This document shows, piece by piece, positions 56,601-64,000 of a stretch of 64,000 bases of DNA. Below the pieces are notes generated by a model. The model ran no database searches. It saw only the letters and a list, made by a program, of their open reading frames with translations, and had not been told where the DNA came from. The stretch is from a virus. Its lineage: Duplodnaviria > Caudoviricetes. Position 1 is the stretch's first letter, and each line of letters starts with the position of its first letter. The translations under genes and the position numbers were made by a program. The stretch spans positions 9,512-73,511 of the IMG/VR virus record IMGVR_UViG_3300016657_000022. One strand, given 5' to 3'.

Positions 56601-57983
56601 TATGACAAGCAGGGCAAGCTGTATGCTTTCGAGCGTCAGGTTGATCCTGCCATGACTGCCCGTCTGAAGCCGGACTACAATCTGGCCAGCATGATGGGCC
56701 AGCGTTCGGGCCGCCAGATGGAAGAGGCTGCTGCCTTCCAGATCAACAAGCTCTTGGTCGATAATCTGCGTGATATGTGGGATCGAGACAAGGGTAAGGC
56801 TGGTCGCCGGAATGAATATGTGAACCTGCTCGAAAGCACCGATCCGGTGGTCCGTGACTCGGTGGCGATCTTCTCCAATGAGATGCGGGATTACATCACC
56901 GATCGGTTCCCCGAGGGTTTCATGGTCCGTAAGGATATGATCGACGATGCTATCGGCTATCGTAATGCCAGCATCGGTGATGCTTGGACGGGCACTTCGC
57001 GGTGGTCGCCGGAGACTCAGCAGTTGGTCAAGAATGCTCTGATGTCGATCTTCGGCAACAAGGCATATGCCCACGCTGTCCGGGCTGAACGCTTCTTGCA
57101 AAATGCTATCGTGCAGGATCTTCGCACCATGATCGTGATCCGGTCTGTGGTGGTTCCGGTCGGCAATGCTGCCTCGAACATCTACCAGCTCATCAGCCGT
57201 GGTGTGCCGGTTGTCCCGATGATCCGTTCGATCCCGAAGAAGGTCTCGGAAATCGAGAGCTGGCACAAGACCCGGCTGCGTCAGATGGAAGCTGAGGCCG
57301 AGTTGCTGGCTGAAACGGATCCGTTCAAGCGTCAGAAGCTGGAAGCGGAGATCAAGGGCATCACTGACTCCCATAAGCGTCTGACCATCTGGCCGCTGCT
57401 GGAAGCTGGTGAGTTCTCCTCGATCTCGGATGCTGGTTCGCGTGAAGACGTGCTGCTGTCGGAAGGCAAGCTCTCGGACTATCTCGAAGCTGCCGTCGAT
57501 AAGCTGCCCCCGGCTGTTCGCACGATGGGCAAGTACGCCATCATCTCGAAGGATACGGCACTGTTCCGTGCCCTCCAGAAGACGGTCGATTATGGTGACT
57601 TCGTGGGCAAGGCCATCCTGTACGATGACCTCACGAAGCGGAAGAAGATGACCAGTGCTGAGGCCCTTGCCCAGATCACTGAGGAGTTCGTGAACTACGA
57701 CAGGCTGCCCGGTCGTGACCGGCAGTATCTGGAGTCCATTGGTCTTCTCTGGTTCTGGAACTTCAAGGTCCGGTCGGCCAAGGTGGCCATGAGCATGATC
57801 CGTAATAACCCGGTCCATGCTCTGATGGCAGCGAACCTGCCGACGCCCATCACGGGGATCGGTCTGCCTCTGGAGGACAACCTCTGGGCTTCGATCTTCG
57901 ATGGCCGGGCAGCCAACAGCATTGGCCTGCACATGGCGTTCCGAGCGCCGGGCCTGCTGCCGATTGGCAATCTGCTCGGATAA
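47655..57983 (+). CDS. virion-encapsidated RNA polymerase (N4 gp50-like), ~3440 aa
   Basis: YAYTVVNRLQM, motif A FEADGVTNG, motif B RDVVKNPLTITVYGSG, motif C IFDG, HELIH zincin-like segment, Cys-poor; start at MASRY (RBS GAGG). Confidence 0.96.
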   Translation: MASRYQDLLNIYTQSNPILNTKLFDTSDMAQTKAAEVERASAAKQAEANGSPDGYNLATMRATGSGVASAKPIDRDYVTLSPFQFELKYGADTRAQYAAAEASGESARRAGTQGTRDGYQIAGDSANSALMGFANAFGGIGALATGLVSDDAGAWVSTKLGQLNQFSQSLQSRELNASRAAYGSQNELDAADNKAEAAQVTKDYGKIAGGTYRFLNDAYDSLGNALKDPNMAADTVASGVGSLFAGGPLSKGLRAIGTATIGRLGASEAIAAAASRASTGRFLGTSDRLLLSTAEHAPMTAAIGLMEGGGAYQQTVDQSYQELIAQGVAPEEAARRANAAGLEAAAIQTPIAAATGRLVSKFEGHPTRVGSLSSAAGNMIRETVEETAQSAAGQVAQNVGMRDNVNPNQDLLEGVGEQAALGGLGGLGSAGLAQAPGVTFRASVETAKLPFKALGAGLKYQADRVRANNQKVQDQLLSGLYDQADQAVPDAQAEMEQVIANANPSVSGDLGRWAGEQVNRLQQSKAIQAAAQTVMAKGGAVKDKLASYFQVRDGVQEMQAAQDEATPAGAENTTMQSIKDAAVNVTQSQAVQDSLAKGKLMVKSAASVVNANVRAALSRMTATQNNTPDSEGAANLNDQAQVMAGIAADAPELVDTKAAEQVLYHDSQGTIALSAPQRNALRTAVAAGKAAQSGSELASTFGLADADAVSRQVLTDKPKEGSNLSLNGHLQGIASAYNSGDLQLASQRLTDLRRFAQHLSNKVVSFNDALAGGNTNENNAVSFPALVNGRFIPDSGKTYFQPRSARSVQLAQEVAVQARTVADAVNNLSDAFPDLGIEHIEPAVLDASLSGKAETVANEYRNGQRTVPNSETKGVQSETAEPAQASEVAEPEAAPVEEQAATDSQLNADQITSEQSDAPVANEAQVQDEPTVTSEEVPSAEPVEETAPAAKTEQAAPEAASETAPAEAPRFGGTENRISKAFRAAKTATSRIMDSDSPLQTIRDAFKSKEALEELIGSKLNRGYSVEVSKAYTNFLKLGDGLKTIMEERLQSALKAKLDRGLKPEDMVNFLEGGALNAVIQNEDGSYSYDPKLLEAATLAGLQWYLKMNKNGTQLDDNDIRQMYGLSDTVPLPDGLAAMLSEGMGDTEVSRSLAAEIGRFWGMDINPNAPANYAQSALEGMAKELIESMVAGGLIQETQVDTKDVLNVPHVSRYSPVLTEEVARADGSTYTKRKGPALDETTLAGLRQFPAAIEKAALIDGEEVNYVGEKPGDRNSKTQLRNPMVETTDQQRQVIAKEQATEHRMNMPFVGMLTRLGEGLTMRLFGGGDTNGPLNVNDRRSLEGRNLTMQSAFRSIFNLMAEVQNRSDLDKVDPAEMPVFFDYAYTVVNRLQMLGKDNPQSNKLMREAVLPTWKEMDLTNPDMRLAFSMGLAQALGIKVHQNSQQQTLKDLTEKLAQFPKTLELLRDDGELSEADVDTMKAEGVDSPVALHALMEYARLTDTAPTDRKAFRSALYFEADGVTNGVVNAMSLFSSKDFTDTWLSNIERGGLWIGEQAASLFNLRSRGNGNELDLYGVAASNTSNYLTDLLRRNASDPAVSAKLTMVNAFLVQYLKGVDMDGDKLLLKRDVVKNPLTITVYGSGTNGIAGNLMDEALSKLYSDLSAAAGRMAGDKNLSLAEAMFPEMSKAEATQSLKGLEALLSQLTGSTLGVSEKSLYNEENSNPNVTIADPVEFTLSSAQKQAMQKNILHAFAEPMVQGITQTVGADLIDSMGTIKTQTQAWSLVGQFMFQNEYEKALAAKRKANPNMNSYELLSQSETDAIMKKISADLPSFGTGTQNFMFGMKQRLDLPFMTSKNGKPLKLEFSRSLTDNMQTPAFGYMPGDAGVSGQPGLTIGSGDGQAVQNIIMNPETPAERLQIFDGIHSSVADMSLMGRVSNQGVYDSWANNPMRSLAEAFDTFVKQVDLSGLNERQRTALFRAISGRQGIDADTNTLMSLLRREAATGLNKAKGIDERQAVLKVLQLSVDQMAGAATPYTREGIILSGSHAERAAQLNILKSQMAKGAVLRATQSESAPQTGNVAKEASKSSMAARGADVKLFTKGMDRYITKLTSDPTTRALLRDVTRSGKVDAYKVWTGSREELIQHAADMGISIPADRQKTFMGFTDPVSKQLFVVNGNAETMLHELIHAATYETVAAHYAGESVASEAAAAIERIEQLMAQFREAGLDGDAYQNALDEMDRQADAGNQAAELNEFMAWALSNQDLAEQLKGTQVENRYLLLAKKAVQALKALLWGGKRSAAVKDDVFTNLRFNTNIIMRAGQLSDMARQGLLFHDPSFGDNQRVSDLLGNIKAKVSDFVGEDAVRRVVNSAQARQSLANGARIMKAFTEAGFDMTKQEQMAFMHMVGIMGTAADLDANSTARMQDIYTHAIKNLSLGDFLQNPGEDDPADNYQANRKLSLLAGKFAAREDTLDRSSILPAFVALAQTNDEFRQILSKMDMPKGQYEAWNSVDGILDNLGDIAMDTVGRAVSGEGVRSKNAQQALDNLTMQMLETNEDAEWFIERFTKPVGSFTDRVNDGLTNLFQKAGEGAQNLVTKAKKDPNAKVKIALAQTLQTVTGMLHEQTGQEASMSLMSAANQSNGIWKPFYDLLKDLIGRTAENAGVYDLIKLARYHVSSLRQQYVENLPNIINSKFSTPLTAEQQGHMHRGLAQTDLASMLVGNKIEDVLRWVKSASARQSKINELADTIRGLAPDQAKLMLAKSDQLAGWMVSKSTGSNLLRNADAIAHLLGEGVQVADPTPELVQAIDHYVSMKALDMQPTKTRNALEVLAGKESDGLNFVLNLLRGQRMIDDTKADGNARFNHYKGFMTAAPADGVSLIVAHDNEAASLLEKSYVRVGAFKGSEKDPSGKGRSYWMAPVSGKAPYSQGIAQNVQQTVGGVDHASGFTQGLTGGVITDPKLVARIAKAGTSETNGQALLPVYDKQGKLYAFERQVDPAMTARLKPDYNLASMMGQRSGRQMEEAAAFQINKLLVDNLRDMWDRDKGKAGRRNEYVNLLESTDPVVRDSVAIFSNEMRDYITDRFPEGFMVRKDMIDDAIGYRNASIGDAWTGTSRWSPETQQLVKNALMSIFGNKAYAHAVRAERFLQNAIVQDLRTMIVIRSVVVPVGNAASNIYQLISRGVPVVPMIRSIPKKVSEIESWHKTRLRQMEAEAELLAETDPFKRQKLEAEIKGITDSHKRLTIWPLLEAGEFSSISDAGSREDVLLSEGKLSDYLEAAVDKLPPAVRTMGKYAIISKDTALFRALQKTVDYGDFVGKAILYDDLTKRKKMTSAEALAQITEEFVNYDRLPGRDRQYLESIGLLWFWNFKVRSAKVAMSMIRNNPVHALMAANLPTPITGIGLPLEDNLWASIFDGRAANSIGLHMAFRAPGLLPIGNLLG

Positions 57984-57984
57984 A

Positions 57985-58031
57985 AGAAATCCCCCCGGAG
58001 CCATCAAAACAGATGGCTCTGGAGGGTTTTT
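57985..58031. terminator. bidirectional terminator at vRNAP end, partly formed by the HNH 3' end
   Basis: CCCCCCGGAGCCATC-6nt-GATGGCTCTGGAGGG with A/T tracts. Confidence 0.65.
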
Positions 58032-58366
58032 AACCTATGACAGTTAGCACAAAGTGTTTGCCAGTTTGATGGATCATTATTTTGATGATTTTCATCGATA
58101 TGATCTACATCAAGTTGACAAATATGTTCAGGTATGAAGCCACACCTTTCGCATTTGTTACCAACAAATTCTCTGTAAGGTCGTTTTCTCTTATCAGTTT
58201 TTTGAATAACTCTTTTCTTTGAAGCAGCGGAGGAATAAATCCTCTTATCACACTGAGAACAGAGAGATGAGTATGTAGTTCTACCACCATTCTTCTTCTG
58301 TGGGTTTGTATTGCATACGACACATATTCCCCGAATATGGCCCGGCCCTTGTTTTTTATATTTCAT
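58004..58366 (-). mobile_element. free-standing HNH endonuclease
   Basis: CVVC...CSQC...CERCG...QLDVDHIDENHQNNDPSNWQTLCANCH.LKT; very AT-rich. Confidence 0.88.
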
Positions 58367-58376
58367 GTTGAAACCT

Positions 58377-58418
58377 AAAAAATCCCCCCACCCAGTTCCT
58401 GATGGGTGGGGGGATTAT
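58377..58418. terminator. bidirectional terminator
   Basis: AATCCCCCCACCCA-8nt-TGGGTGGGGGGATT. Confidence 0.75.
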
Positions 58419-58424
58419 TCCGAG

Positions 58425-58586
58425 CTACCTGCTGCCGTCGTCCGGGCCTTTGCCCCCCTTGGAGTGCAAGAGAAAGGCCACGTAGACGATGGCGGCGACT
58501 GCCAGATAGGGTGCCATTGCATTGATCGCTGTGCTCAAGGCGAGGAACGCGATCACCAACAGCGCCCCGATCATCAAGGCGTTCAC
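58425..58586 (-). CDS. small membrane protein (53 aa)
   Basis: Manual: MNALMIGALLVIAFLALSTAINAMAPYLAVAAIVYVAFLLHSKGGKGPDDGSR. Confidence 0.55.
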   Translation of the reverse strand: MNALMIGALLVIAFLALSTAINAMAPYLAVAAIVYVAFLLHSKGGKGPDDGSR

Positions 58587-58598
58587 CGGCAGCTCGGC

Positions 58599-59186
58599 TT
58601 AGTTCTTGGGCTTGCCAAGATTTCCGAACAGCGACTGCCGGGGAGCGGTCTCTGCCGGAACTTCGGCAGGGGCTTCCTCAGCGGGAGCTGCTTCAGCTTC
58701 GGCAGCCGGTTCAGCGGCGGCTTCAGTCGTGTCTTCGGCCACGGTCTCTTCGACCGGGGCAACGCCGGTGTTGATGTCGATGGCGTCAGCCGCACGAGCA
58801 GCCTCTTCCTCAGCCGACATCTCGGCAGTGGCCTCAGCCTGAGCTTCGGCGACCGGAGCGGCCTCGACAGCCTTGGCGGTCTCGGCCTTGGCTTCAGCAG
58901 CCTTGGCAGCGATGCCCAGCGGCTTGGTGCCGGAGGTCTGAACCTTCTTCGGGGCAGCGGCCTTGGGGACCTCTTCCTTCGGAGCCGACGCAGCAGCCGT
59001 GGCAACGGCAGCCGTCTCGGTCGTGGGGTTCAGGTCGATGGCGGCAGTGAAGCCGGACGGTCCACGGGTGGCCGACAGAGTGATGCCGATCTGCTGATCG
59101 GGGCTGAGACCCGGAACCAGCGAACGGACATGGATGTCGATGGCCTTTTCGATCTCTTCCTGATCGAGCGTCATGTTGAACGCCAT
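58599..59186 (-). CDS. Ala/Glu-rich protein conserved next to N4-like resolvase
   Basis: M...L.Q.EIEKAI...V, I.LSATRG..G.TA.ID, low-complexity middle, RQSLFGNL.KPKN end. Confidence 0.7.
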   Translation of the reverse strand: MAFNMTLDQEEIEKAIDIHVRSLVPGLSPDQQIGITLSATRGPSGFTAAIDLNPTTETAAVATAAASAPKEEVPKAAAPKKVQTSGTKPLGIAAKAAEAKAETAKAVEAAPVAEAQAEATAEMSAEEEAARAADAIDINTGVAPVEETVAEDTTEAAAEPAAEAEAAPAEEAPAEVPAETAPRQSLFGNLGKPKN

Positions 59187-59192
59187 TGCACG

Positions 59193-59768
59193 TTACCTTT
59201 CAAATAGCCGCAGGAGATTTTGGAACTCTGGGGTGAGCACCCCAGCATGGATCGCTCCCAGTGCGTCTGCGGTATGTTCCGCCTTGGAATGGATCTCACC
59301 TTTGGTGAAGCCCTTGCCGTTCTGTTGGTACAGTGGCCACGGAGCTTCGGGGTATAGCTTCACGCCAGCATCAATCATCTGCTGCTTGCTGGCATTGCGG
59401 TTGCCCGACAATGCCTTCTTCACATCGGCAGCATTCACCTCAATGAGAGGAATGCCCATGGCACGGATCGTTGCCATGATGCCGACGCATACACCGTAGG
59501 AAGCCATTGCTCGTGCCGACTGGGAGCCAACCGGCATTTCGACAAAGACGACCTTGGCTTTCTGGCAGACGGGAATGACGGCAGCGGCAAGCTGCTCAGC
59601 CCGGTACAGGTCATTGGAATTGACCCGGACCTGCTTCCCTTGGAGCTTCACTGGTTCCACGACTTGCATCGCAGAGGGAGTGAAGAAGCCCTGCTCAAGA
59701 CAGAGCGAGCCTTCAGTGATCCCCCAGTGATCGAGGCTTGGGTCGAGACCCACGACATCTACAATCAT
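59193..59768 (-). CDS. RuvC-like Holliday junction resolvase
   Basis: VVGLDPSL..WG, VFVEMPVGSQ, SKQQMI..., EHTADALGAI. Confidence 0.82.
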   Translation of the reverse strand: MIVDVVGLDPSLDHWGITEGSLCLEQGFFTPSAMQVVEPVKLQGKQVRVNSNDLYRAEQLAAAVIPVCQKAKVVFVEMPVGSQSARAMASYGVCVGIMATIRAMGIPLIEVNAADVKKALSGNRNASKQQMIDAGVKLYPEAPWPLYQQNGKGFTKGEIHSKAEHTADALGAIHAGVLTPEFQNLLRLFER

Positions 59769-59850
59769 GTGAACTCCATAGAAAAGCCCTCCCCAGTGGG
59801 TACTGAGGAGGGCCTGTCCTTACCCCAACCTAAGTTGGGGTGCAAGCAGA

Positions 59851-60693
59851 TTAGCCCTTGTTGAAGAGGCTCTTCCGCTCGCCACCGGCATTACCAGCGC
59901 CGCCCGAAGCCGGGGGAGCGCCACGGTTGCCGCCGGGACGGCCCGACTGGCCGCCTTCACCGTCCTTGATCGAACGCTTGTCGCGGACCTTGCCCTGATG
60001 AGCTTCGAGCCACGTCGGCCAGAAGACGCCCACGTTCTCGCCAGAAGCGGTGACGATGGTATCGCCCTCGACCTTGCCGTTGTTCTCCAGAGCAACTTCC
60101 GCCTCGCGGACGGTGCATTTGAAGGTCGGGAACAGAGCCTTCTCGGTGATGTTCACCTCACGCTCGTCGGCGATGGCGGCATACTTGCCGTCGCTGCCCT
60201 TGGCCTGCTTGTTCTCCTTGACGCGATAAATCGCGAGGGAGACTTCCTTGCCGAGCAGCTCGACCAGCATCGGAACGGCCTTGGGCACTTCGCCCTTGGC
60301 GTCGGCGTCCCAGATCTTGAAGACCTTCTCTTCGTCGGTCTGCTGGTTGAGCGGCTTGTCCGTGGCGATCATGCAGATGTCGTTCACGATGCTGAAGCCC
60401 GGCAGCGGGTTCCGCTTGCCCGTCTCCTTGCCGTCCTTGTCCTTCGCCATGAAGAAGTTCTCGCCCTTGCCGTTCGTGATCCAGAACGTCTCGCGATACT
60501 CCTTGCCATCGGCATCGACGCCGATGAAGGTCACGGACTGGGCATTCGAGCTGCTGCTCTTGCCAGCGAACGCGGCCTTGATGGTGAAGGTATAGATGTC
60601 GGTGTCACGGAGCCAACCGTTGCCACCGCCCACGCGGTCTTCCTGCTTCTCCAGCCCATCGGTGGAGAGATTGCCGAAAAGTCCCATACTCAA
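59851..60693 (-). CDS. ssb: single-stranded DNA-binding protein (N4 gp45-like)
   Basis: E...DRVGG, DTDIY..TIK.AF, YRET.W.T, LPGF..VND, RKSLF C-terminus. Confidence 0.82.
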   Translation of the reverse strand: MSMGLFGNLSTDGLEKQEDRVGGGNGWLRDTDIYTFTIKAAFAGKSSSSNAQSVTFIGVDADGKEYRETFWITNGKGENFFMAKDKDGKETGKRNPLPGFSIVNDICMIATDKPLNQQTDEEKVFKIWDADAKGEVPKAVPMLVELLGKEVSLAIYRVKENKQAKGSDGKYAAIADEREVNITEKALFPTFKCTVREAEVALENNGKVEGDTIVTASGENVGVFWPTWLEAHQGKVRDKRSIKDGEGGQSGRPGGNRGAPPASGGAGNAGGERKSLFNKG

Positions 60694-60740
60694 GTTCTTT
60701 CTATGTTGTGTCTACGGCGTGTCAGATGTTTCAGATCGTG

Positions 60741-61481
60741 TCAGGTGTCGTAGAACTTGTGGAGGTGATCCAGCAGGAGCTGGGCATCGTTGTCCATGTA
60801 GGTCTGCTTCTTGGTGAACATCCCCATGGGCGAACGAATGCGGGTTCCCGTCGTATCAGCAGTCAGACGGGTCTGGAAAACGTACTTGAAGCCCAGATCC
60901 GCTTCGTCCTCACTGATGGTGAGGAGTTCGGGATCGTAGTCCTTCAGATCCTTGATCGGGATCTTCGTCGCTTCCACCACGGTGGAGAAGTAGGCTTCCA
61001 CACCTTGGTTCTTGAGGGCACCCTTGATGGGCACCGAACGCCGGAAGCCCATGGTCTTCTCATCGTACATCTCAAGGACGTGGGCGATGATGATGACCGG
61101 CTTCCCGAACTGGACCAGCTTCTGCTGAAGCAGGTTCTTCCAGAACTGGGCGTAGTTGCTCCAGCCTGCCATGGTGTCATGCTGTCCGAGCACATACTGG
61201 CTCTCGAACATGTCCATCAGGAAGGTGGAGGAGTCGATGATAAGCCCATCCACCTCGCCGGGATTGGCGATGGCGTCGTCGATGTAGCCGTAGACCTGAT
61301 AGGGGTCGTCGATACGGACGTTGATGAACTTGTTGCGGAACGGCAGTCGCTTGCCAGCTTCTGCGTTGAGGTACATCCACTTCTCTTGGTTCCGAATGTT
61401 ACGGAGAGCTGCGGATTTACCTGCACCAGAGATGCCCCCGATGAGGATCATCTGGTCGTTGAAAACGATGTCTTCCGACAT
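60741..61481 (-). CDS. AAA (Sak4-like) ATPase, N4 gp44-like
   Basis: GISGAGKS, YLNAEAGKRLPF, IIDSSTFLMD, GVEAYFSTV. Confidence 0.82.
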   Translation of the reverse strand: MSEDIVFNDQMILIGGISGAGKSAALRNIRNQEKWMYLNAEAGKRLPFRNKFINVRIDDPYQVYGYIDDAIANPGEVDGLIIDSSTFLMDMFESQYVLGQHDTMAGWSNYAQFWKNLLQQKLVQFGKPVIIIAHVLEMYDEKTMGFRRSVPIKGALKNQGVEAYFSTVVEATKIPIKDLKDYDPELLTISEDEADLGFKYVFQTRLTADTTGTRIRSPMGMFTKKQTYMDNDAQLLLDHLHKFYDT

Positions 61482-61548
61482 GGTACTCCTTCCCTTTGGT
61501 TCCAGATTGAGGCCAGTCCCGAACCAAAGAACAGGACTGGCCAGCCGC

Positions 61549-63741
61549 TCACTTCCGCTCGAAGCGTTTCCCGACAGTGACCATGATGGTCGTGTCGATC
61601 TCGTCCTCGCTCAGAGGTGTGTTCAGCTTCTTGTTGAAGGCATGTACCTGCTTCTGGACATCCACGAGGCCCATGCCGCTGTCCACAAGGGCCAGTGCAT
61701 ATTTCACCATCTGGTTGTTCCGGTTGCCGGTAGCGATCCGCTGAGCAAACCAGCGTTCGAGATTGTCCATGTTCTGGACCGCCTGCATGTCCCTCTTGAA
61801 GCCCTCGTTCTTCGAGGTCTTCGGGATGAACGGCAGAGCGTCGAGGATCTCGCCATCCATGTTGTACTTGAAGGAGCTACCTTCGCCGCCGAAGCATTCC
61901 CACTTCTTCGACCGCTGGTTGGCTGACTCGTCCGTCTTGAACGGCAGCCACGCCATCACGTTGTTCATGAATTCCTTGTACTCATCGGAGTCCAGTTCGA
62001 GATGATAGTTGATCGGAAGGATCAACCGGAAGCGATCCGGTCCCACCATCTCTTCACCATCATCTGTCATGCCCTCGAATTGGCGGTGACGTTTGGTGGT
62101 GTAGGTCATGAAGCGATGTTCCTTCATGATCTCGTGGCAGGTCTCCAGCGAGATGTCCCCGTCCACGTCGATGACCACCATGTTGAAGCCTGCCAGCACA
62201 TTCTCCTCCGAGCGGTGCCCGTTCTTGAATGCGTGGTTGGCCCAGTGATAGCCCTGCGCCTGCGTCATGTTGTGCAGTTCATCGAACGGCACGACCTCGG
62301 CACTGTAGTTGTAGGCCCAGTGATCGGAGTAGGACACGATCATCTCGTTGATGTCGGTCTCCTTGAGCTTCTCGCCCTTAAAGAACTCGATACCATCCAC
62401 GAAGGTCTTCTTGATGATGATGTGCTTCTTGTAGCCCCATGCCGTAGCCATGGTCATCATCTCGTTCCGGGCAGCGTTACCTGCCTTATAGAACGGAAGT
62501 GCCTCGTGAAGATCTGCGTGGGTCTGCTCGGTGCCCACGTCAGCGATGAAGCGGGCCAGCTTGACGTATGCCTTCTCACGACTGAGGATCGCTTGGAAGG
62601 CTTCGCCCGACTGCTCGACCAGCAGAATGGCCGACATGAGGTGGTCCATCTCGACCTCGTTGCTCTCGTCGATGAAGGCGTAAGCGCCTGCCAGCTTGAG
62701 AGCTTTGAAGTAGCGATGGCTCAGCTCTGCCTTCTTGATCTCGTCGTGCTCGGGCAGCTTTTCGGCTGCCTGCTCACATGCGATCTTGTAGGCCAGAAGC
62801 TGAATGGCCACGTCATCAGGCACACGCATCTTCCAGCCGTGCATGGCCGGATCGGCCAGACGGTGGAACTGCGAGGACCACTTGGTGATGACGGCATTGT
62901 TGGTTGGCTCAGTCAGACGTTTGAAGATCTCTTCCGGTGACAGAAGGTTGAATGAGCGACGGTCCTGTTGACCCCAACCGAAGATACAACGACGTGCATA
63001 GCCGGTATCAAGGAAGGAATAGAACTGGTCTTCCGTTTGACCACCATCCAGCAACTTGCTAGGAGTGCCGAATAGCAGCATGTTGGTGGGAGTCTTCCCA
63101 TCCAGCTCTTCACCACGCTGGTTGTCAGCGGTGTTCTTGACCAACTTCTGCTTCACGATCCCCTGATCGTAGAGTTCGAGGAACAGAGTCAGGACATCGG
63201 TGGAACCAATCAGGTTGCTCCCGATTTCATCAATTTGCAGGTTGATGGATCCGCATGACGACAGAAGCAGCTTATGCCGAAGCTGCTTGACCGCAGGGGG
63301 AGTCCCCGAGTCGAAGGTGAAGGGAAAAGCTCCGGCAGACTTGAACTCCTTCTCCGCACGCTCGAACTCCTCCTGCGGGTCGCTACCATTCCGGGCTGCA
63401 CGTCCGTTGGCAATGTCCCAGAGATGCTGTTCGGCGATCACCGGGAAGGTGTCGTCCATGAAGCGTTTCTTGAACGCCTTCATCAGCTCCCCTTCCATCA
63501 CACCCACCGAGTGACCCTTGCCGTAGCCGGATGTGGCCAGAGCGAGGGCGTAGATGTTGACCGGGATTTCACCCCGGTCCTTGGTGACGATGGTGGCACG
63601 CTGGCTCGATGCCATCTTACCGAGAAAGTACGCCACCTCGACTTGGAAAAAGCCAAGGTCAGTGTTCTGGGTCTTGTTGCAGAGCAGTTCCACGATCTCG
63701 GAGATCGCAGGGTGGTGCTCTACATTGGTCAGGTCGATCAT
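61549..63741 (-). CDS. DNA primase (N4 gp43-like)
   Basis: ALA.SG.GKG, DEIGSNL, VVIDVDG...YTTKRH...RFR.ILP (AEP-like), G.RNNQM (PriCT). Confidence 0.85.
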   Translation of the reverse strand: MIDLTNVEHHPAISEIVELLCNKTQNTDLGFFQVEVAYFLGKMASSQRATIVTKDRGEIPVNIYALALATSGYGKGHSVGVMEGELMKAFKKRFMDDTFPVIAEQHLWDIANGRAARNGSDPQEEFERAEKEFKSAGAFPFTFDSGTPPAVKQLRHKLLLSSCGSINLQIDEIGSNLIGSTDVLTLFLELYDQGIVKQKLVKNTADNQRGEELDGKTPTNMLLFGTPSKLLDGGQTEDQFYSFLDTGYARRCIFGWGQQDRRSFNLLSPEEIFKRLTEPTNNAVITKWSSQFHRLADPAMHGWKMRVPDDVAIQLLAYKIACEQAAEKLPEHDEIKKAELSHRYFKALKLAGAYAFIDESNEVEMDHLMSAILLVEQSGEAFQAILSREKAYVKLARFIADVGTEQTHADLHEALPFYKAGNAARNEMMTMATAWGYKKHIIIKKTFVDGIEFFKGEKLKETDINEMIVSYSDHWAYNYSAEVVPFDELHNMTQAQGYHWANHAFKNGHRSEENVLAGFNMVVIDVDGDISLETCHEIMKEHRFMTYTTKRHRQFEGMTDDGEEMVGPDRFRLILPINYHLELDSDEYKEFMNNVMAWLPFKTDESANQRSKKWECFGGEGSSFKYNMDGEILDALPFIPKTSKNEGFKRDMQAVQNMDNLERWFAQRIATGNRNNQMVKYALALVDSGMGLVDVQKQVHAFNKKLNTPLSEDEIDTTIMVTVGKRFERK

Positions 63742-63744
63742 GAC

Positions 63745-64000
63745 TTATCCTTCAGGGAAGTAGCGAAGCCTCTGCTGGCAGATTGGTGCAGCAGCACAGA
63801 AACCACACCGCTTCACCTCGCCGGGGATCGTCTTCACGACACCCTTGCCTTGCTCTTGCATGTAGCTGTTCGCTTCTGCGAGAGACTCAAAGTTCTTGGT
63901 GGAGCGGCCATCCGTCTTCGCCGGGTTGGCATAATATTTGAATGCCGGGGCCGAACGCCACAGCTCTTCATCAGAGCACTCTGGCATCTCGGACTCAGGC
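63745..64000 (-). CDS. PD-(D/E)XK/Cas4-like exonuclease (N4 gp42-like), C-terminal part only
   Basis: C.DEELWR..P.FKYYANP.K...RSTKNF...G.VKRCGFC...PICQQ; open to the window end. Confidence 0.65.
   Translation of the reverse strand, partial: PESEMPECSDEELWRSAPAFKYYANPAKTDGRSTKNFESLAEANSYMQEQGKGVVKTIPGEVKRCGFCAAAPICQQRLRYFPEG

Noticed and set aside
54411-58007. 1198-aa minus-strand ORF, and similar ones at 27259..29352, 35425..37449, 39124..40641 and 47631..49649
   Set aside because: Stop-free antisense frames caused by strong GC3 bias opposite vRNAP, TerL, portal and MCP; no motifs or RBS
1-64000. CRISPR arrays, reverse transcriptase/DGR, integrase, inteins, rRNA
   Set aside because: No repeat-spacer array, RT or integrase motifs, or rRNA seen. 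TerL, primase and vRNAP have normal N4-like lengths with no intein motifs. This was a visual search only.

Overview
About 64 kb of an N4-like (Schitoviridae-type) phage genome, roughly 60% GC by eye. The host is probably an alphaproteobacterium, inferred from a Sphingomonas-like HU gene. The contig is circularly permuted, with the physical genome end near 24.4-25.0 kb. Minus strand, 24.4 kb down to 1: early and middle genes, including an N4-type virion-RNAP hairpin promoter, gp1/gp2 homologues, the two-subunit RNAP II, an Ig-domain protein, AAA/vWA pair, dCTP deaminase, HU, ThyX and rIIA. Plus strand, 25-58 kb: a putative nucleotide-sponge cluster, terminase, two tail fibres/spikes, lysis cassette, portal, capsid, ejection proteins and the ~3440-aa virion RNA polymerase. 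Minus strand, 58-64 kb: RuvC-like resolvase, SSB, AAA ATPase, primase and a partial nuclease. The features that standard gene calls miss are: (1) a complete group I intron with an HNH-type ORF splitting RNAP II subunit 2 inside motif B; (2) an ncRNA island (13.56-14.24 kb) with a CCA-ended tRNA-like RNA whose anticodon arm is replaced by a long hairpin, next to an unidentified ~420-nt structured RNA; (3) free-standing homing endonuclease cassettes that rebuild the element they disrupt (thyX 3' end, macrodomain-gene 5' end, a terminator); (4) a three-domain candidate anti-defence sponge fusion next to an Acb2/Tad1-like gene; (5) a DUF4326-SLOG-macrodomain early cluster suggesting NAD/ADP-ribose counter-defence. 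All family assignments come from motif recognition by eye; no searches or folding programs were run.
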